Shown here piece after piece: positions 35,917 through 45,384 of a DNA stretch of 64,000 bases (the first letter of the stretch is position 1; each line of letters opens with the position of its first letter). Under the pieces are notes generated by a model. That model searched no databases. It worked only from the letters and a program-made list of their open reading frames with translations, and had not been told where the DNA came from. The stretch is from Candidatus Spyradocola sp. (lineage in GTDB: Bacteria > Bacillota > Clostridia > Christensenellales > UBA1750): positions 13,988-77,987 of the forward strand of contig JAXEXP010000039.1 in NCBI GenBank assembly GCA_034113365.1, in the 5' to 3' direction. The position numbers and the translations under genes are program-made.

Positions 35917-36039
35917 ATGTCCTGCCTGCAATCATTTCCGTTGATGAAGCTGGATTCCAGCTCAAGGTTCTGTGAAACAGGGGTTTGATCCCAGGCAGCA
36001 ACGGCCTTGATTAGAGGGCTGGATTTTCCATCGCGTTCG

Positions 36040-36627
36040 TCATTCGCATTCCTCATAGGCATCTTGAACCCGATTGACGCCGTCTTTCAGCAGCGCATTG
36101 TCCATTTCCAGATCATATTCTCTGTAATCCCAGGGGATCATCTCTTGGGATGCGGTCATGTATTGGAAGCGGGATACCCCGGTGCGTTCTATTTCCCGTA
36201 TCGTTTTCAGCAGCTCGTCAGCCGGCAGATCGTCGATAATTCCCCGGCCTTCGCCCGCTGCAATTCTGGGATAGGAACGCCAGCGGCCTTTGGGTATCTC
36301 CTGCACGCCGGTGAGCTCGATATCGAATATCTGCTCACATCCAAAGTCATAGGTCATTTCAAGCTGAGCGCCGATCTGCAGCCGCAGCGCCGAGAGCTTC
36401 ACCCAACACAGGTGCTGGAAATCCTCAAGGATCTCTTCGTCCGTGTCCGGCTTGTAAGAGGCGCCCTTGCTGGAGATGCTGAATAAATGATAGGCCAACG
36501 TGTCGAAGGTGACGAGAATCGTATAGCCCAGCTGTGCCAATGTGTAGTTGGAGGACACCTCGGCAACGCGCCAGATCCTTTCCTCGCAGCCCCGATAGGT
36601 GATCCTGAAGGTGTAGATTTGCACCAT
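36040..36627 (-). CDS. pRiA4b ORF-3-like family protein
   Basis: Starts at MVQIYTFRITYRGCEERIWRVAEVSSNYTLAQLGYTI (AGGAGG upstream). The IYxFKIxL...IWRxxxV...TLxxLHxxIQ pattern is what I recall for the PF07929-type family. 195 aa. Confidence 0.65.
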   Translation of the reverse strand: MVQIYTFRITYRGCEERIWRVAEVSSNYTLAQLGYTILVTFDTLAYHLFSISSKGASYKPDTDEEILEDFQHLCWVKLSALRLQIGAQLEMTYDFGCEQIFDIELTGVQEIPKGRWRSYPRIAAGEGRGIIDDLPADELLKTIREIERTGVSRFQYMTASQEMIPWDYREYDLEMDNALLKDGVNRVQDAYEECE

Positions 36628-36650
36628 GAGTACCTCCTGTAAAGTTATCG

Positions 36651-37235
36651 TTAAGTTTTGCCGATGCCGTGCGGATGCGGATCGTTTCCGGGTTTTCCCC
36701 GCGTCCATTGGCTGGGCATCGCGCTGATCAGCGCCCCGACGAGTGCACCCAACGCATTATGGATCACATCGTCAACCTCAGCCTGTCCCAGCGCAAAGTG
36801 ATACTGGCAGAATTCGATCCCAGCGCTCACCAGCGCAAACAATCCAACCACAAAGAGTACCTTTTTGCTGCGCTGCCAACGCTTGGGAAGAAGTGCACAA
36901 ACCAAAAGCCCAGCAGGAAAGAAGAGGACCACATTCATGAAGTTACAGCGGAGAAGCTCTCTTTCGCCGCCGGTTAAGACAACATAGTAAGAGTGAAATG
37001 GGATAAGGGAGCTTGCTGAATTGTCCAATACACATTCACGGCCTATAAGGGTATTCCAACTGACCGCCAAGGACCAAGACAGAAGCGCCAGAACGACAAT
37101 CATGCGAAACACGCGTTCCGCTCGGAGCGTCCGCTTCAAAACCTCAAAAAGGATCGTTGCCGCCAGAAGAATAAAAAGCGCTGTGGAATAGCGCATACAA
37201 TAGACCCAGAGAAATATCGAGGTGAGCCAGGACAT
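36651..37235 (-). CDS. VanZ-like family membrane protein
   Basis: 194-aa membrane ORF with LIPFHSY, NVVLFFPAGLL and DDVIHNALGALVG, which are VanZ-like motifs. Confidence 0.7.
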   Translation of the reverse strand: MSWLTSIFLWVYCMRYSTALFILLAATILFEVLKRTLRAERVFRMIVVLALLSWSLAVSWNTLIGRECVLDNSASSLIPFHSYYVVLTGGERELLRCNFMNVVLFFPAGLLVCALLPKRWQRSKKVLFVVGLFALVSAGIEFCQYHFALGQAEVDDVIHNALGALVGALISAMPSQWTRGKPGNDPHPHGIGKT

Positions 37236-37259
37236 ATCATATCTCCATCGCGCTTCTGT

Positions 37260-38522
37260 TCAGAACAACTGAATATCTGGGAGACGTATATGTCCCCATG
37301 CACTTAAGTTCCAAACAATCGTATTGTCATCTTCAATTTCAAATGAAAAAGCAGGAAGGACCAAGTCGTGATCCATGCATGTTCCAAATTCGTTCATTTC
37401 AAATAGAACAAGGTAGACTATGTATTTTCCTCTTGTCAGCCACGACGTATCGAACTGCATCTGAAAGTCTTTTTCCTCACCAGCTGACATCACGCCGAGA
37501 TCGATATCCGGAACTGTGCCAACCGGTACGTCATCTGCGAAACGAAGCTCGAAACGGAAGCGAAGATGTGTAAAGGCTTGCCTCGACTGAACGGAGAGCT
37601 CAAGTTTCATCGGCTCACCGGCATGGTAAACAGCAGATGTTTTCTCAAGCAGACGAAGCCTAAGCATTTTTGCCGGAAGCATAGACGGATTCGGTTTGGA
37701 GGACATATTGGAAAGATCAAATTCCGTCTGGTCCATGTTCCCCTGACATTGCATATAAACCCCGATGGCCGACTCCACGTCTCCATCAAATATAACCTTC
37801 CCGTGGTCCAAGACGATACAGCGGGTACAAAGCTGGCGGATGGTGTTCATGTTATGGCTGACATAAAGGACCGTTCGCCCCTCGTTCTTGGACACGTCAT
37901 CCATCTTGCCCAGACACTTCTGCTGAAACTTCATATCTCCTACTGCAAGTACCTCGTCCATCACCAGAATATCGGCATCCAGATGGGCGGCTACGGCAAA
38001 GGCAAGCTTAACATACATACCGCTGGAATATCGTTTTACAGGCGTGTCAATGAATTGCTCCATCTCAGCAAAGTGAACGATATCATCAAACTTATTCTTG
38101 ATTTCCGCTTTTGTCATGCCAAGAATGGCGCCGTTCATATATACGTTTTCCCGCCCGGTCAGCTCCGGATGGAAACCAGTGCCCACCTCCAGCATGCTGG
38201 CGATCCGGCCGTTGTAGGAGATCCCCCCTTTTGTCGGCCCAGTTACGCGGGACAGCAGCTTGAGAAGCGTAGACTTTCCCGCACCATTGTGCCCGATGAT
38301 TCCGACTCTCTCTCCCTTTTTTACGGAAAAGCTTACATCGTCTAGTGCCAGAAAGCGTTCGTTTCTGGCATACGCAGACTGGCCGATGCGGAGATTAGGG
38401 TCTTCTTTGCCACGAATACGGGCCATCAGGCTTTGCAGGTCGCCTCGCAGGGTGCCGCCGCCAATGGCGCCCAGACGGTATTCCTTTGTAACATGCTCAA
38501 ATTGAATGATATTCTCCTGCAT
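37260..38522 (-). CDS. Polysaccharide/teichoic-acid ABC exporter ATP-binding protein (Wzt/TagH-like) with a C-terminal extra domain
   Basis: Walker A GHNGAGKSTLLK, signature YSSGMYVKLAF and Walker B ILVMDEVLAVGD. A ~160-aa C-terminal beta-rich extension follows, as in Wzt-type exporters. Confidence 0.88.
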   Translation of the reverse strand: MQENIIQFEHVTKEYRLGAIGGGTLRGDLQSLMARIRGKEDPNLRIGQSAYARNERFLALDDVSFSVKKGERVGIIGHNGAGKSTLLKLLSRVTGPTKGGISYNGRIASMLEVGTGFHPELTGRENVYMNGAILGMTKAEIKNKFDDIVHFAEMEQFIDTPVKRYSSGMYVKLAFAVAAHLDADILVMDEVLAVGDMKFQQKCLGKMDDVSKNEGRTVLYVSHNMNTIRQLCTRCIVLDHGKVIFDGDVESAIGVYMQCQGNMDQTEFDLSNMSSKPNPSMLPAKMLRLRLLEKTSAVYHAGEPMKLELSVQSRQAFTHLRFRFELRFADDVPVGTVPDIDLGVMSAGEEKDFQMQFDTSWLTRGKYIVYLVLFEMNEFGTCMDHDLVLPAFSFEIEDDNTIVWNLSAWGHIRLPDIQLF

Positions 38523-38532
38523 TGCGTTCTCC

Positions 38533-39387
38533 TTACACCGTATCCATAAAGGTTTTTTCCACCCGGTTGAATAGCATCACACCAAGCAGCAAAACTGCAA
38601 GGGTGACGATCCAACTGATCCCGTAAGCGACCAGATGAGGTTCTCCGACGCCGAGGAAGGCATATCGGAACATGGTGATCACCGGCGTGACTGGATTCAG
38701 CATATATAGCCCGAGAAACTGATCCGGAATCAGCGTGAGGTCATAAGCGACCGGAGTAGCGTACATCCATAGCTGAACGCCAAAGCTTACCACCATAGCC
38801 AGGTCACGGTATTTGGTCGTCAGCGCAGAAATAATAATCCCCACGCCCAGGCTCAGGAGCGCCAGATGGAGCAGAAGTACAGGGGTCAGGAGTATCCACC
38901 CATTGGGATGAACATTGGCGCCAGTCGCGATATAGTAGATCAGAAACAGCAGGAAAAAAAGGAATTGGACCGCAAAGGAGATCAGCTGCGACAGGACCGT
39001 GGAAATGGGCATGACAAGACGCGGAAAATAGACCTTACCCAAAATGGCAGCGTTTGAGGTAAAGGTGGTGGAGGTAGCGGTCAGGCAGGCGGAGAAATAC
39101 CCCCAGGCAATGGAGCCGCACAGATAGAAGGCGAAGCTGGGCACACCGGCCGGGGCCAGCCCCGCGATGTTGCCGAACACCACCGTCAATACCACCGTGG
39201 TGAGCAAGGGCTGGATGATGGCCCAGGCAGGCCCTAAAACTGTCTGCTTATACTGCGAAACAAAGGTCCGCCGCACAAACAGAACGATCAGGTCCCGATA
39301 ACGAAGAAGTTCTTTTAAATTCAAATCAAACCACGCCCGCTTGGGAGTGATGACGGTTTCAAATTGTTGCTGCATGTTCAATATCAA
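38533..39387 (-). CDS. ABC-2 type polysaccharide exporter permease (Wzm/TagG-like)
   Basis: 284-aa six-TM ORF directly upstream of the ATPase, with a typical ABC-2 N-terminus (LKELLRYRDLIVLFVRRTFVSQYKQTVLGPAWAIIQPLL). Confidence 0.88.
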   Translation of the reverse strand: MILNMQQQFETVITPKRAWFDLNLKELLRYRDLIVLFVRRTFVSQYKQTVLGPAWAIIQPLLTTVVLTVVFGNIAGLAPAGVPSFAFYLCGSIAWGYFSACLTATSTTFTSNAAILGKVYFPRLVMPISTVLSQLISFAVQFLFFLLFLIYYIATGANVHPNGWILLTPVLLLHLALLSLGVGIIISALTTKYRDLAMVVSFGVQLWMYATPVAYDLTLIPDQFLGLYMLNPVTPVITMFRYAFLGVGEPHLVAYGISWIVTLAVLLLGVMLFNRVEKTFMDTV

Positions 39388-40553
39388 CCCTCAATAAAGT
39401 CATATAGTTTTTGAAGTTCACCGGAGTTATCGCAGACTTCGTGGCTCAGATTTTCCACGAATTTCTCCCGCAGTTCCGGATGATCCAACAACTGTTGGAT
39501 GCTCTCCGCCAAAGCCTCTGGCGTTACAGCTTCTGCAATTAAGCCGTTCTCGCCACTGACGATCTGCTCATGCATGACCGGAAGCGGAGTTGTGACAATT
39601 GGCTTGTGCAAAATCTTTGCTTCCTGCACAGTCAGACACCACCCCTCAGAGAGCGAGGTCTGCACATAGATATCGCAGTTTTTAATATATGGATAGGGGT
39701 TCGTTTGTGTCCCCAACAGGATGACATGTTCAGCGACGTTGTATTTCTGTATTTCTGCTCCAATTTCCTCCCGAAGCGGTCCGTCACCGACAAGATACCA
39801 GTAAACATTATATCCAGCGTCGAGAAGAATCCGGGTAGTTTGGGGAACCATGGTTTGCCCCTTTTCCTTTGCTAAGCGTCCTACAGATAAAATGGTATTA
39901 CCCCTTTTGAAATGAGGAATATGAGCTGTGGATAATTGTACAATCTCTTTTGTATCGATCAGGTTTTTCATGACTTGCGTTTTTTGTGCCAGCTTTGGCC
40001 ATTTTTGAGAAAACTGATCATTTGCTGCCTCTGAAACGCAAAAAATCCTATCATATTGAGAGTATTCTTTTTCCATCAATTTCATAAGAATATTAGGCAT
40101 ATTGTAGTTTCCGTGTACAAAAAGGATATGCTTTTTCCCCTCTATCCGATTAGCAGTTGCAACCAGTTCGGGAACACCGTATTGATAAGCTACCACGCAT
40201 TCATATTCAGATATAATTTTGGGTGATAATTTAGCTGAAAACAGGGATTCGATTTCCCAAGTCTTGGAACAATGAATTACGATGCGGTATGAAAGATCCC
40301 TTAAGCATTGAAATATATGGCCTTTTCTGAGTTGTGACATTAATAAGTCTTTCGTGTTATGGGTTGGCCAACACTTTACTTGGACACGACTGTCCACGTG
40401 TTTTTTTATCTCCAAGCTATCCTTCTTAACCCACAAATCAACGTCAAAATTATCATAATCAAAATTGCGTAATAGATTAATTAGTGCTTTTTCCACACCG
40501 CCGACTATCATTGAACCCATTACAAAAGCAATCACTTTTCGTTTCTCTTCCAT
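39384..40553 (-). CDS. Glycosyltransferase family 4
   Basis: GT-B fold with an E-x7-E region (SLSEGWCLTVQEAK). I start at MEEKRK (a TAATG overlap with the upstream stop). The track's GTG at 40565 is the alternative. Confidence 0.8.
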   Translation of the reverse strand: MEEKRKVIAFVMGSMIVGGVEKALINLLRNFDYDNFDVDLWVKKDSLEIKKHVDSRVQVKCWPTHNTKDLLMSQLRKGHIFQCLRDLSYRIVIHCSKTWEIESLFSAKLSPKIISEYECVVAYQYGVPELVATANRIEGKKHILFVHGNYNMPNILMKLMEKEYSQYDRIFCVSEAANDQFSQKWPKLAQKTQVMKNLIDTKEIVQLSTAHIPHFKRGNTILSVGRLAKEKGQTMVPQTTRILLDAGYNVYWYLVGDGPLREEIGAEIQKYNVAEHVILLGTQTNPYPYIKNCDIYVQTSLSEGWCLTVQEAKILHKPIVTTPLPVMHEQIVSGENGLIAEAVTPEALAESIQQLLDHPELREKFVENLSHEVCDNSGELQKLYDFIEG

Positions 40554-41716
40554 TATTCCACACACACCTTCAAAAAAGCTTGATATTTTTCCTGGTTGTC
40601 GCAGATCTGCTCCATTCCTTCAGAGGACCGCAGCTTTTCGCGGATCTCCGGGTTTGACAAAAGATACTTCAGACCCTCGTAGAGCGCGGCTTCGTCGTTG
40701 GCGACGATCCAGCCGGTTTCCCCGTGGGTCAGCTGCTCCCGGATACCAGAGACATCCGTGGCCAGAACGGGGCAGCCGACGATCTTGGCTTCCACCGTGA
40801 CCGTCGGGAAGCCTTCCCAACCGGAGGGGAGGACAAACAGGTCACAGTGCTTCATGTATTTGTAGGGGTTGTCTGTCAAGCCGTCCAGAAAGACACGATC
40901 TGCCAAATGAAGCCTCTGAATCTTCGCCTCGATCTCTTGTCTCTGAAGCCCGTCCCCAAGCACATGCCACTGGAAAGCAAAGCCGTCGTCTCTCAGCCTG
41001 GAAAGGACGTCGAGGAACCGAAGATATTTTTTTTGCTCAGTCATCCTGCCTACGGAGAGCAGGATGGGGCCGTCGCCCACAAAGGAAAAGGGGACCGCAG
41101 CAGCTTGCCGTATGGCGTTGGCGTCAAAATAATTATAGAGCACATGGACCTTTTCGGCAAGCTGGGGATACCGATCCGCAAAGTTCTGTCTGGCGGATTC
41201 CGCCACGCAGATAATGGCATCCATTCTGGAAAACTGCGGGATCAGATTGTCCGTGTCCTCCGGCTTGTCCAGATTCGCGATGTCCGTATGATACCACTGT
41301 ATGTACTTGTCTGCCCGGATATGGTCCAGCAGAAACGCCGGGCTGTCGATTTCCAGATAATTGACGGCGACATCAAACGTCTGGCTCTCATAGCGTTTTG
41401 CAGCCAGCTTTTCGGCAAACCGGCGGTATCCCACGAGCTTGCTGAATATCTGCTTTCCGCATTTTTGAAGCTTGCGGCCCCAATTCTTCTCGGACCGAAT
41501 GTCCTTCAAGGACGCGTAATACTTTTCCGTATAGGCCTTGCTGCAAATGGCGTCAAAGCGGACGCGGCTGTCAAACTGCGGCTTCAGATAGCCTTTTTCG
41601 TAGGTCTCCAGGATGGTGACGTCATGTCCATGGGCCGCCAGCTCGTTTGCAAAGCTGACCAGCACTTTTTCCGCCCCGCCGAAGATCAGCTGGGGGATCT
41701 GAATCAGGAATTTCAT
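40553..41716 (-). CDS. Glycosyltransferase family 4
   Basis: 387 aa. PSGWEGFPTVTVEAKIVGCPVLATDVSG is typical of GT4. Confidence 0.8.
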   Translation of the reverse strand: MKFLIQIPQLIFGGAEKVLVSFANELAAHGHDVTILETYEKGYLKPQFDSRVRFDAICSKAYTEKYYASLKDIRSEKNWGRKLQKCGKQIFSKLVGYRRFAEKLAAKRYESQTFDVAVNYLEIDSPAFLLDHIRADKYIQWYHTDIANLDKPEDTDNLIPQFSRMDAIICVAESARQNFADRYPQLAEKVHVLYNYFDANAIRQAAAVPFSFVGDGPILLSVGRMTEQKKYLRFLDVLSRLRDDGFAFQWHVLGDGLQRQEIEAKIQRLHLADRVFLDGLTDNPYKYMKHCDLFVLPSGWEGFPTVTVEAKIVGCPVLATDVSGIREQLTHGETGWIVANDEAALYEGLKYLLSNPEIREKLRSSEGMEQICDNQEKYQAFLKVCVE

Positions 41717-42567
41717 AGACCGGCCCTCTCCCGAACTGCTTGACTGATCTCGTAGGTTTTCACATCATGCTTGGTGACGCGCTTTTCTTCCGGGTATGGG
41801 TCCATATAATGGGGGCCGTACCGATGAAGCAAATCTGCTTCCGGCTCTCCAATGGTCATAAACTGCGTGTCCTCAAAGGGGATATACTGTGAATTGTCGT
41901 ACCATTCGCGCTTTAGCAAATCATTATAATACCCGCTGACACCAGTGTATGGATTTCTCCCGGTATAGCTTAAAAGGCCGACAAGTTTGGACTGTCTGTT
42001 CTTACACATACAAGTCGCTTTATCGATCCATCTTCCCAACGTGATACGATCTATTCTGGAAAGGAGGCCAATACATTTTGTTGCAGGTGAAATGGGTTGA
42101 ATATCACCGCGTTTGATCTGGACCGCCGCATCCAGAACCCAAATGAGGCCCTGCTGAATTTTTTGAACCAATTTATAATTCGGTACAGCATCCAGCGGTA
42201 CAATATCAATCGCAATTTCATTGTGGATCGCGTTGACATCTTCATGATAATGGACAACCTTTGTCCCTAACACACGTAGAACAGCACGATTGTTTGGATA
42301 AGAGGGGTCTGTCTTGTAGGTCTGAATAAAATACCGGTCGCCAAACTGTTGCTGCGCGAGAACAAGGAACGTTTCGTAGTCCTCACGAAACATGGAAATA
42401 TCCACATCATCGTCCCAAGGAATGAAGCCCTTGTAATTGACCGCGCCAAGGAGCGTCCCGGCATGAAGGAAATATTTCAATCCATTCTCCCGGCAAATTT
42501 TGTCGATGTCCTTCATGGCGGAAAGGAGTACCTTATGTAGTTCCAGATTTCCATAGTCGTTGGTCAT
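41713..42567 (-). CDS. licD: LicD-family phosphotransferase (phosphocholine/polyol-phosphate transferase type)
   Basis: 284 aa. LHKVLLSAMKDIDKICRENGLKYFLHAGTLLGAVNYKGFIPWDDDVDISM is the LicD nucleotidyltransferase-fold signature. Confidence 0.85.
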   Translation of the reverse strand: MTNDYGNLELHKVLLSAMKDIDKICRENGLKYFLHAGTLLGAVNYKGFIPWDDDVDISMFREDYETFLVLAQQQFGDRYFIQTYKTDPSYPNNRAVLRVLGTKVVHYHEDVNAIHNEIAIDIVPLDAVPNYKLVQKIQQGLIWVLDAAVQIKRGDIQPISPATKCIGLLSRIDRITLGRWIDKATCMCKNRQSKLVGLLSYTGRNPYTGVSGYYNDLLKREWYDNSQYIPFEDTQFMTIGEPEADLLHRYGPHYMDPYPEEKRVTKHDVKTYEISQAVRERAGL

Positions 42568-42584
42568 GGATAGAAACGCTCCTT

Positions 42585-43514
42585 TTAATAATCCGTGTCA
42601 GCTCTGGTAATGATCAATTGATCGGGTAGTCCCTCCGGCTGCATGGGCCGCACGATACATTTTGTCTTTCCCGGATGGGACTGCAGACCTGACTGTTTCA
42701 GAAGTTCCAGCAAATCACCGGAATAGATGCCCCAAAAGCTCACAAAGCTTCCCAGCCCTCTCAGCAGGGAAATCGCATAGCGAAAGGGCGCGTCCTGCGT
42801 TGAATAATAGTCCCAATCGTAGACATTGACAGCTGTCCGAAGGCGTCCCTTTGTAAGCGTATAAACAAAATACCCAAGCAGGTCGCTATCCTGCCACAGG
42901 GTTAGCCAGGCATACGTTACATCCGGATTCTGATCATACTTCCAACTCAGGTATTCTGGCGTGCGGTAGAGTCGGTTTTCCTTCGGGTTTGGAAGTGTTG
43001 TAAGGGGACAGCGCTCTGAAAACCGGTACGAGACCCCCTGGTGAGCCCTGTTGTTTGTACGATGTCGAAGCGCGAACAGCCGCGTCTTACTGTTCCAGGA
43101 CGCGACGCCGGTCAAATCCTCAAAGCCATACCGGCGCAGAATGGGATAGGAATTTGGGTTCGGAAAGTTGAGTATAAAATCATAACCGCGCTGGGAGAAA
43201 TAATCACAGATGAAGTTGTATATTCTATGGATGAGACCTTGACCGCGATAATCTGGATGCACCACCCAATCGCAGAAAGAAATGCATTTCTTCTGACTGG
43301 CGCCGTAACGCGTAGGAATCACGGTAGAAATACCGACCATTCTACTCGTTTCATCTTCCGCGATCACGGCGAATGGGCGGTCTTCCTGCCCATTGTCGGT
43401 AAAGAGCCGCCAAACCCAGTGCTCCACGGAGGTTTCTCCCAAGCCAGTACGGAAAAGGGAGATCACTTCCGGGATTCGGCTTTGATCTGACAGAATCGAG
43501 ATGGAATACTGCAT
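42585..43514 (-). CDS. GNAT-family acetyltransferase-like protein
   Basis: 309 aa. It has an acetyl-CoA-binding-like motif, VVHPDYRGQGLIHRIYNFICDYF. Confidence 0.6.
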   Translation of the reverse strand: MQYSISILSDQSRIPEVISLFRTGLGETSVEHWVWRLFTDNGQEDRPFAVIAEDETSRMVGISTVIPTRYGASQKKCISFCDWVVHPDYRGQGLIHRIYNFICDYFSQRGYDFILNFPNPNSYPILRRYGFEDLTGVASWNSKTRLFALRHRTNNRAHQGVSYRFSERCPLTTLPNPKENRLYRTPEYLSWKYDQNPDVTYAWLTLWQDSDLLGYFVYTLTKGRLRTAVNVYDWDYYSTQDAPFRYAISLLRGLGSFVSFWGIYSGDLLELLKQSGLQSHPGKTKCIVRPMQPEGLPDQLIITRADTDY

Positions 43515-43527
43515 AGTCTGATCTCCC

Positions 43528-44418
43528 TCACTGTTTCATAAAAAGGCGCTTTATACGTCGCCAAAGCCACCAGATGGGCCGCATGATATAAAACAGCCAA
43601 TCTGTTTCATATCCCTTGAGATCGAGCACTTCATAGGACGCGCTCATGTTGTATGTGTGGATTCCTTCCGGTTCCTTTTTCAGGTTCGAGCGAATGTCCG
43701 ACGGGTGAACCTTCTTATACAGGGTTTCTGAATATCCTTCAGAAGAGATATCGGTGACTTCATAGAGATTCAGCGCGCAGCCATAGCTGTTGGAACAGTC
43801 TTGGCCCGGACGAATACGCTTGCCGTTCCACTGGAAGAAATGTCCTGCAGGACGGACATTGCAGTCATTTTCCGCAATAACCAGACCCTGTCCGCACAAA
43901 GTCCGGTCCTTAACCGGGAAAAGCAGCAGACGCTCTGCATCGCCCTGGAATTGAAGCGTCATAAGATAGGCTTGTTCATGATCGAAAAAAACAGTGGAGT
44001 CCACGGCGCAGAAGTTTTCTCGAAGGACAGTGGCTTTTTCCCAACGATCGGGAAAATGCACGGCGCGGAATACAGAGATTTCGTTGGCGACATAGGATTC
44101 CGGAATCATGTAGAACGCATCGCCTATGCGCAGAATATGCGGATAGGACAAGTGGTACGGCATTCGGAGTGCGACCTGCCAGGCAGTCGCCCCATTTCCG
44201 CTGAGCTCACAATATCCAATCACGCCCCGCCGCAGAACGCGGTCATATAGCTCCGCAAAAAGATAGGTTGTCCCATTGTGTTCAACCAGATGTGGATTGG
44301 CCGCCCAGTAGCGCCATGTGTTCTTTACAACGGAAAACGGCGTTTGAAGATCGTCCAGCAGCGTTGCCTGATTCTGGCGAGGACGGTACGCCACAGTCCA
44401 AAACTCAAATTTCCTCAT
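43528..44418 (-). CDS. Hypothetical beta-propeller-like protein, resembling bacterial 'glucosamine inositolphosphorylceramide transferase family' proteins
   Basis: 296 aa. Motifs ANPHLVEHNGTTYLFAELYD, LSYPHILRIGDAFYMIPES, SVFRAVHFPDRWE and STVFFDHEQAYLM recall that family as I remember it. The function is unproven. Confidence 0.5.
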   Translation of the reverse strand: MRKFEFWTVAYRPRQNQATLLDDLQTPFSVVKNTWRYWAANPHLVEHNGTTYLFAELYDRVLRRGVIGYCELSGNGATAWQVALRMPYHLSYPHILRIGDAFYMIPESYVANEISVFRAVHFPDRWEKATVLRENFCAVDSTVFFDHEQAYLMTLQFQGDAERLLLFPVKDRTLCGQGLVIAENDCNVRPAGHFFQWNGKRIRPGQDCSNSYGCALNLYEVTDISSEGYSETLYKKVHPSDIRSNLKKEPEGIHTYNMSASYEVLDLKGYETDWLFYIMRPIWWLWRRIKRLFMKQ

Positions 44419-44421
44419 GAG

Positions 44422-45381
44422 CTAGCTCCTTCTGAAGCGAATGATCGCGCGATATACAGAAAAAGGGAAGTGAAGAAGAAACCACATCCGGAGCCGGTCT
44501 TGCCAATAAGTGAAAGGCGCAGCGCAGAATAGTTTTTTTTGACTCCGAAGCGCAGATAAAAGCGCTTGCGTTTCTCCCGTATAGTCCTCGTCTGACAAAG
44601 CGATTTCCGTCAGGGACCAAAGAAGACTGCCGCGGTATCTCGCGGCGGCGTCAGATGTTAGGCTGGAATGGTGATCTTGAATGTATTTTAAGTTCTCAGC
44701 ACAGTGTTTTGCCCACACCATTTTGGAAGCGACAAAGACAGATGTTGTGATGCTTTCTGGGCGGCAGCGATAGTAATACACGACTGCGTTTGTTTTCACG
44801 ACCCGGTTACAGTTTTCCAGAATATGGAGGACAATTGCCTCGTCTTCATTAATTTCGCCAACGGGGAAGGAAATGTGTTGGTGAATTTTTCGTTGATACA
44901 GCCGAGCCCAAGCCGCACAGCCGTTTTGCAGCATATCCTGCATTGCTTCAGAACCTGTCAAGAGATGAAATTCTACAGCATTCTTTTCTGTTTTTTCCTC
45001 AGGAAACATATCTGAAAATCGTCTGTAGTCCCCAATTACGAGTTCCGCATTTTCTGAGAAGGCTGCTTCAATAAGCGTCTGGACTGCATTAGAAGGCAGT
45101 AGATCGTCGCTGTCTACAAACATCAAATAACTGCCGTTCATCTGCTCCATTCCGGCATTTCGTGCGTCGGAGAGGCCGCCATTCTGTTTATGGATGACCC
45201 GAATTCTGGTATCACGGGCGGCGTATTGGTCACAGATTTCGCCGCAGCGGTCTGGTGAACCGTCATCCACTAGAAGAATCTCCAGATTTTGATAAGTTTG
45301 TCCGCAGATGGAATCCAGGCATTGCGGCAAATACATCTCGACATTATATATCGGAACGATTACACTGATCAATGGCTCCAT
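44422..45381 (-). CDS. Glycosyltransferase family 2
   Basis: ISVIVPIYNVEMYLPQCLDSICGQTYQNLEILLVDDGSPD and FVDSDD (DxD), a classical GT2. Confidence 0.88.
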   Translation of the reverse strand: MEPLISVIVPIYNVEMYLPQCLDSICGQTYQNLEILLVDDGSPDRCGEICDQYAARDTRIRVIHKQNGGLSDARNAGMEQMNGSYLMFVDSDDLLPSNAVQTLIEAAFSENAELVIGDYRRFSDMFPEEKTEKNAVEFHLLTGSEAMQDMLQNGCAAWARLYQRKIHQHISFPVGEINEDEAIVLHILENCNRVVKTNAVVYYYRCRPESITTSVFVASKMVWAKHCAENLKYIQDHHSSLTSDAAARYRGSLLWSLTEIALSDEDYTGETQALLSALRSQKKLFCAAPFTYWQDRLRMWFLLHFPFSVYRAIIRFRRS

Positions 45382-45384
45382 TCT

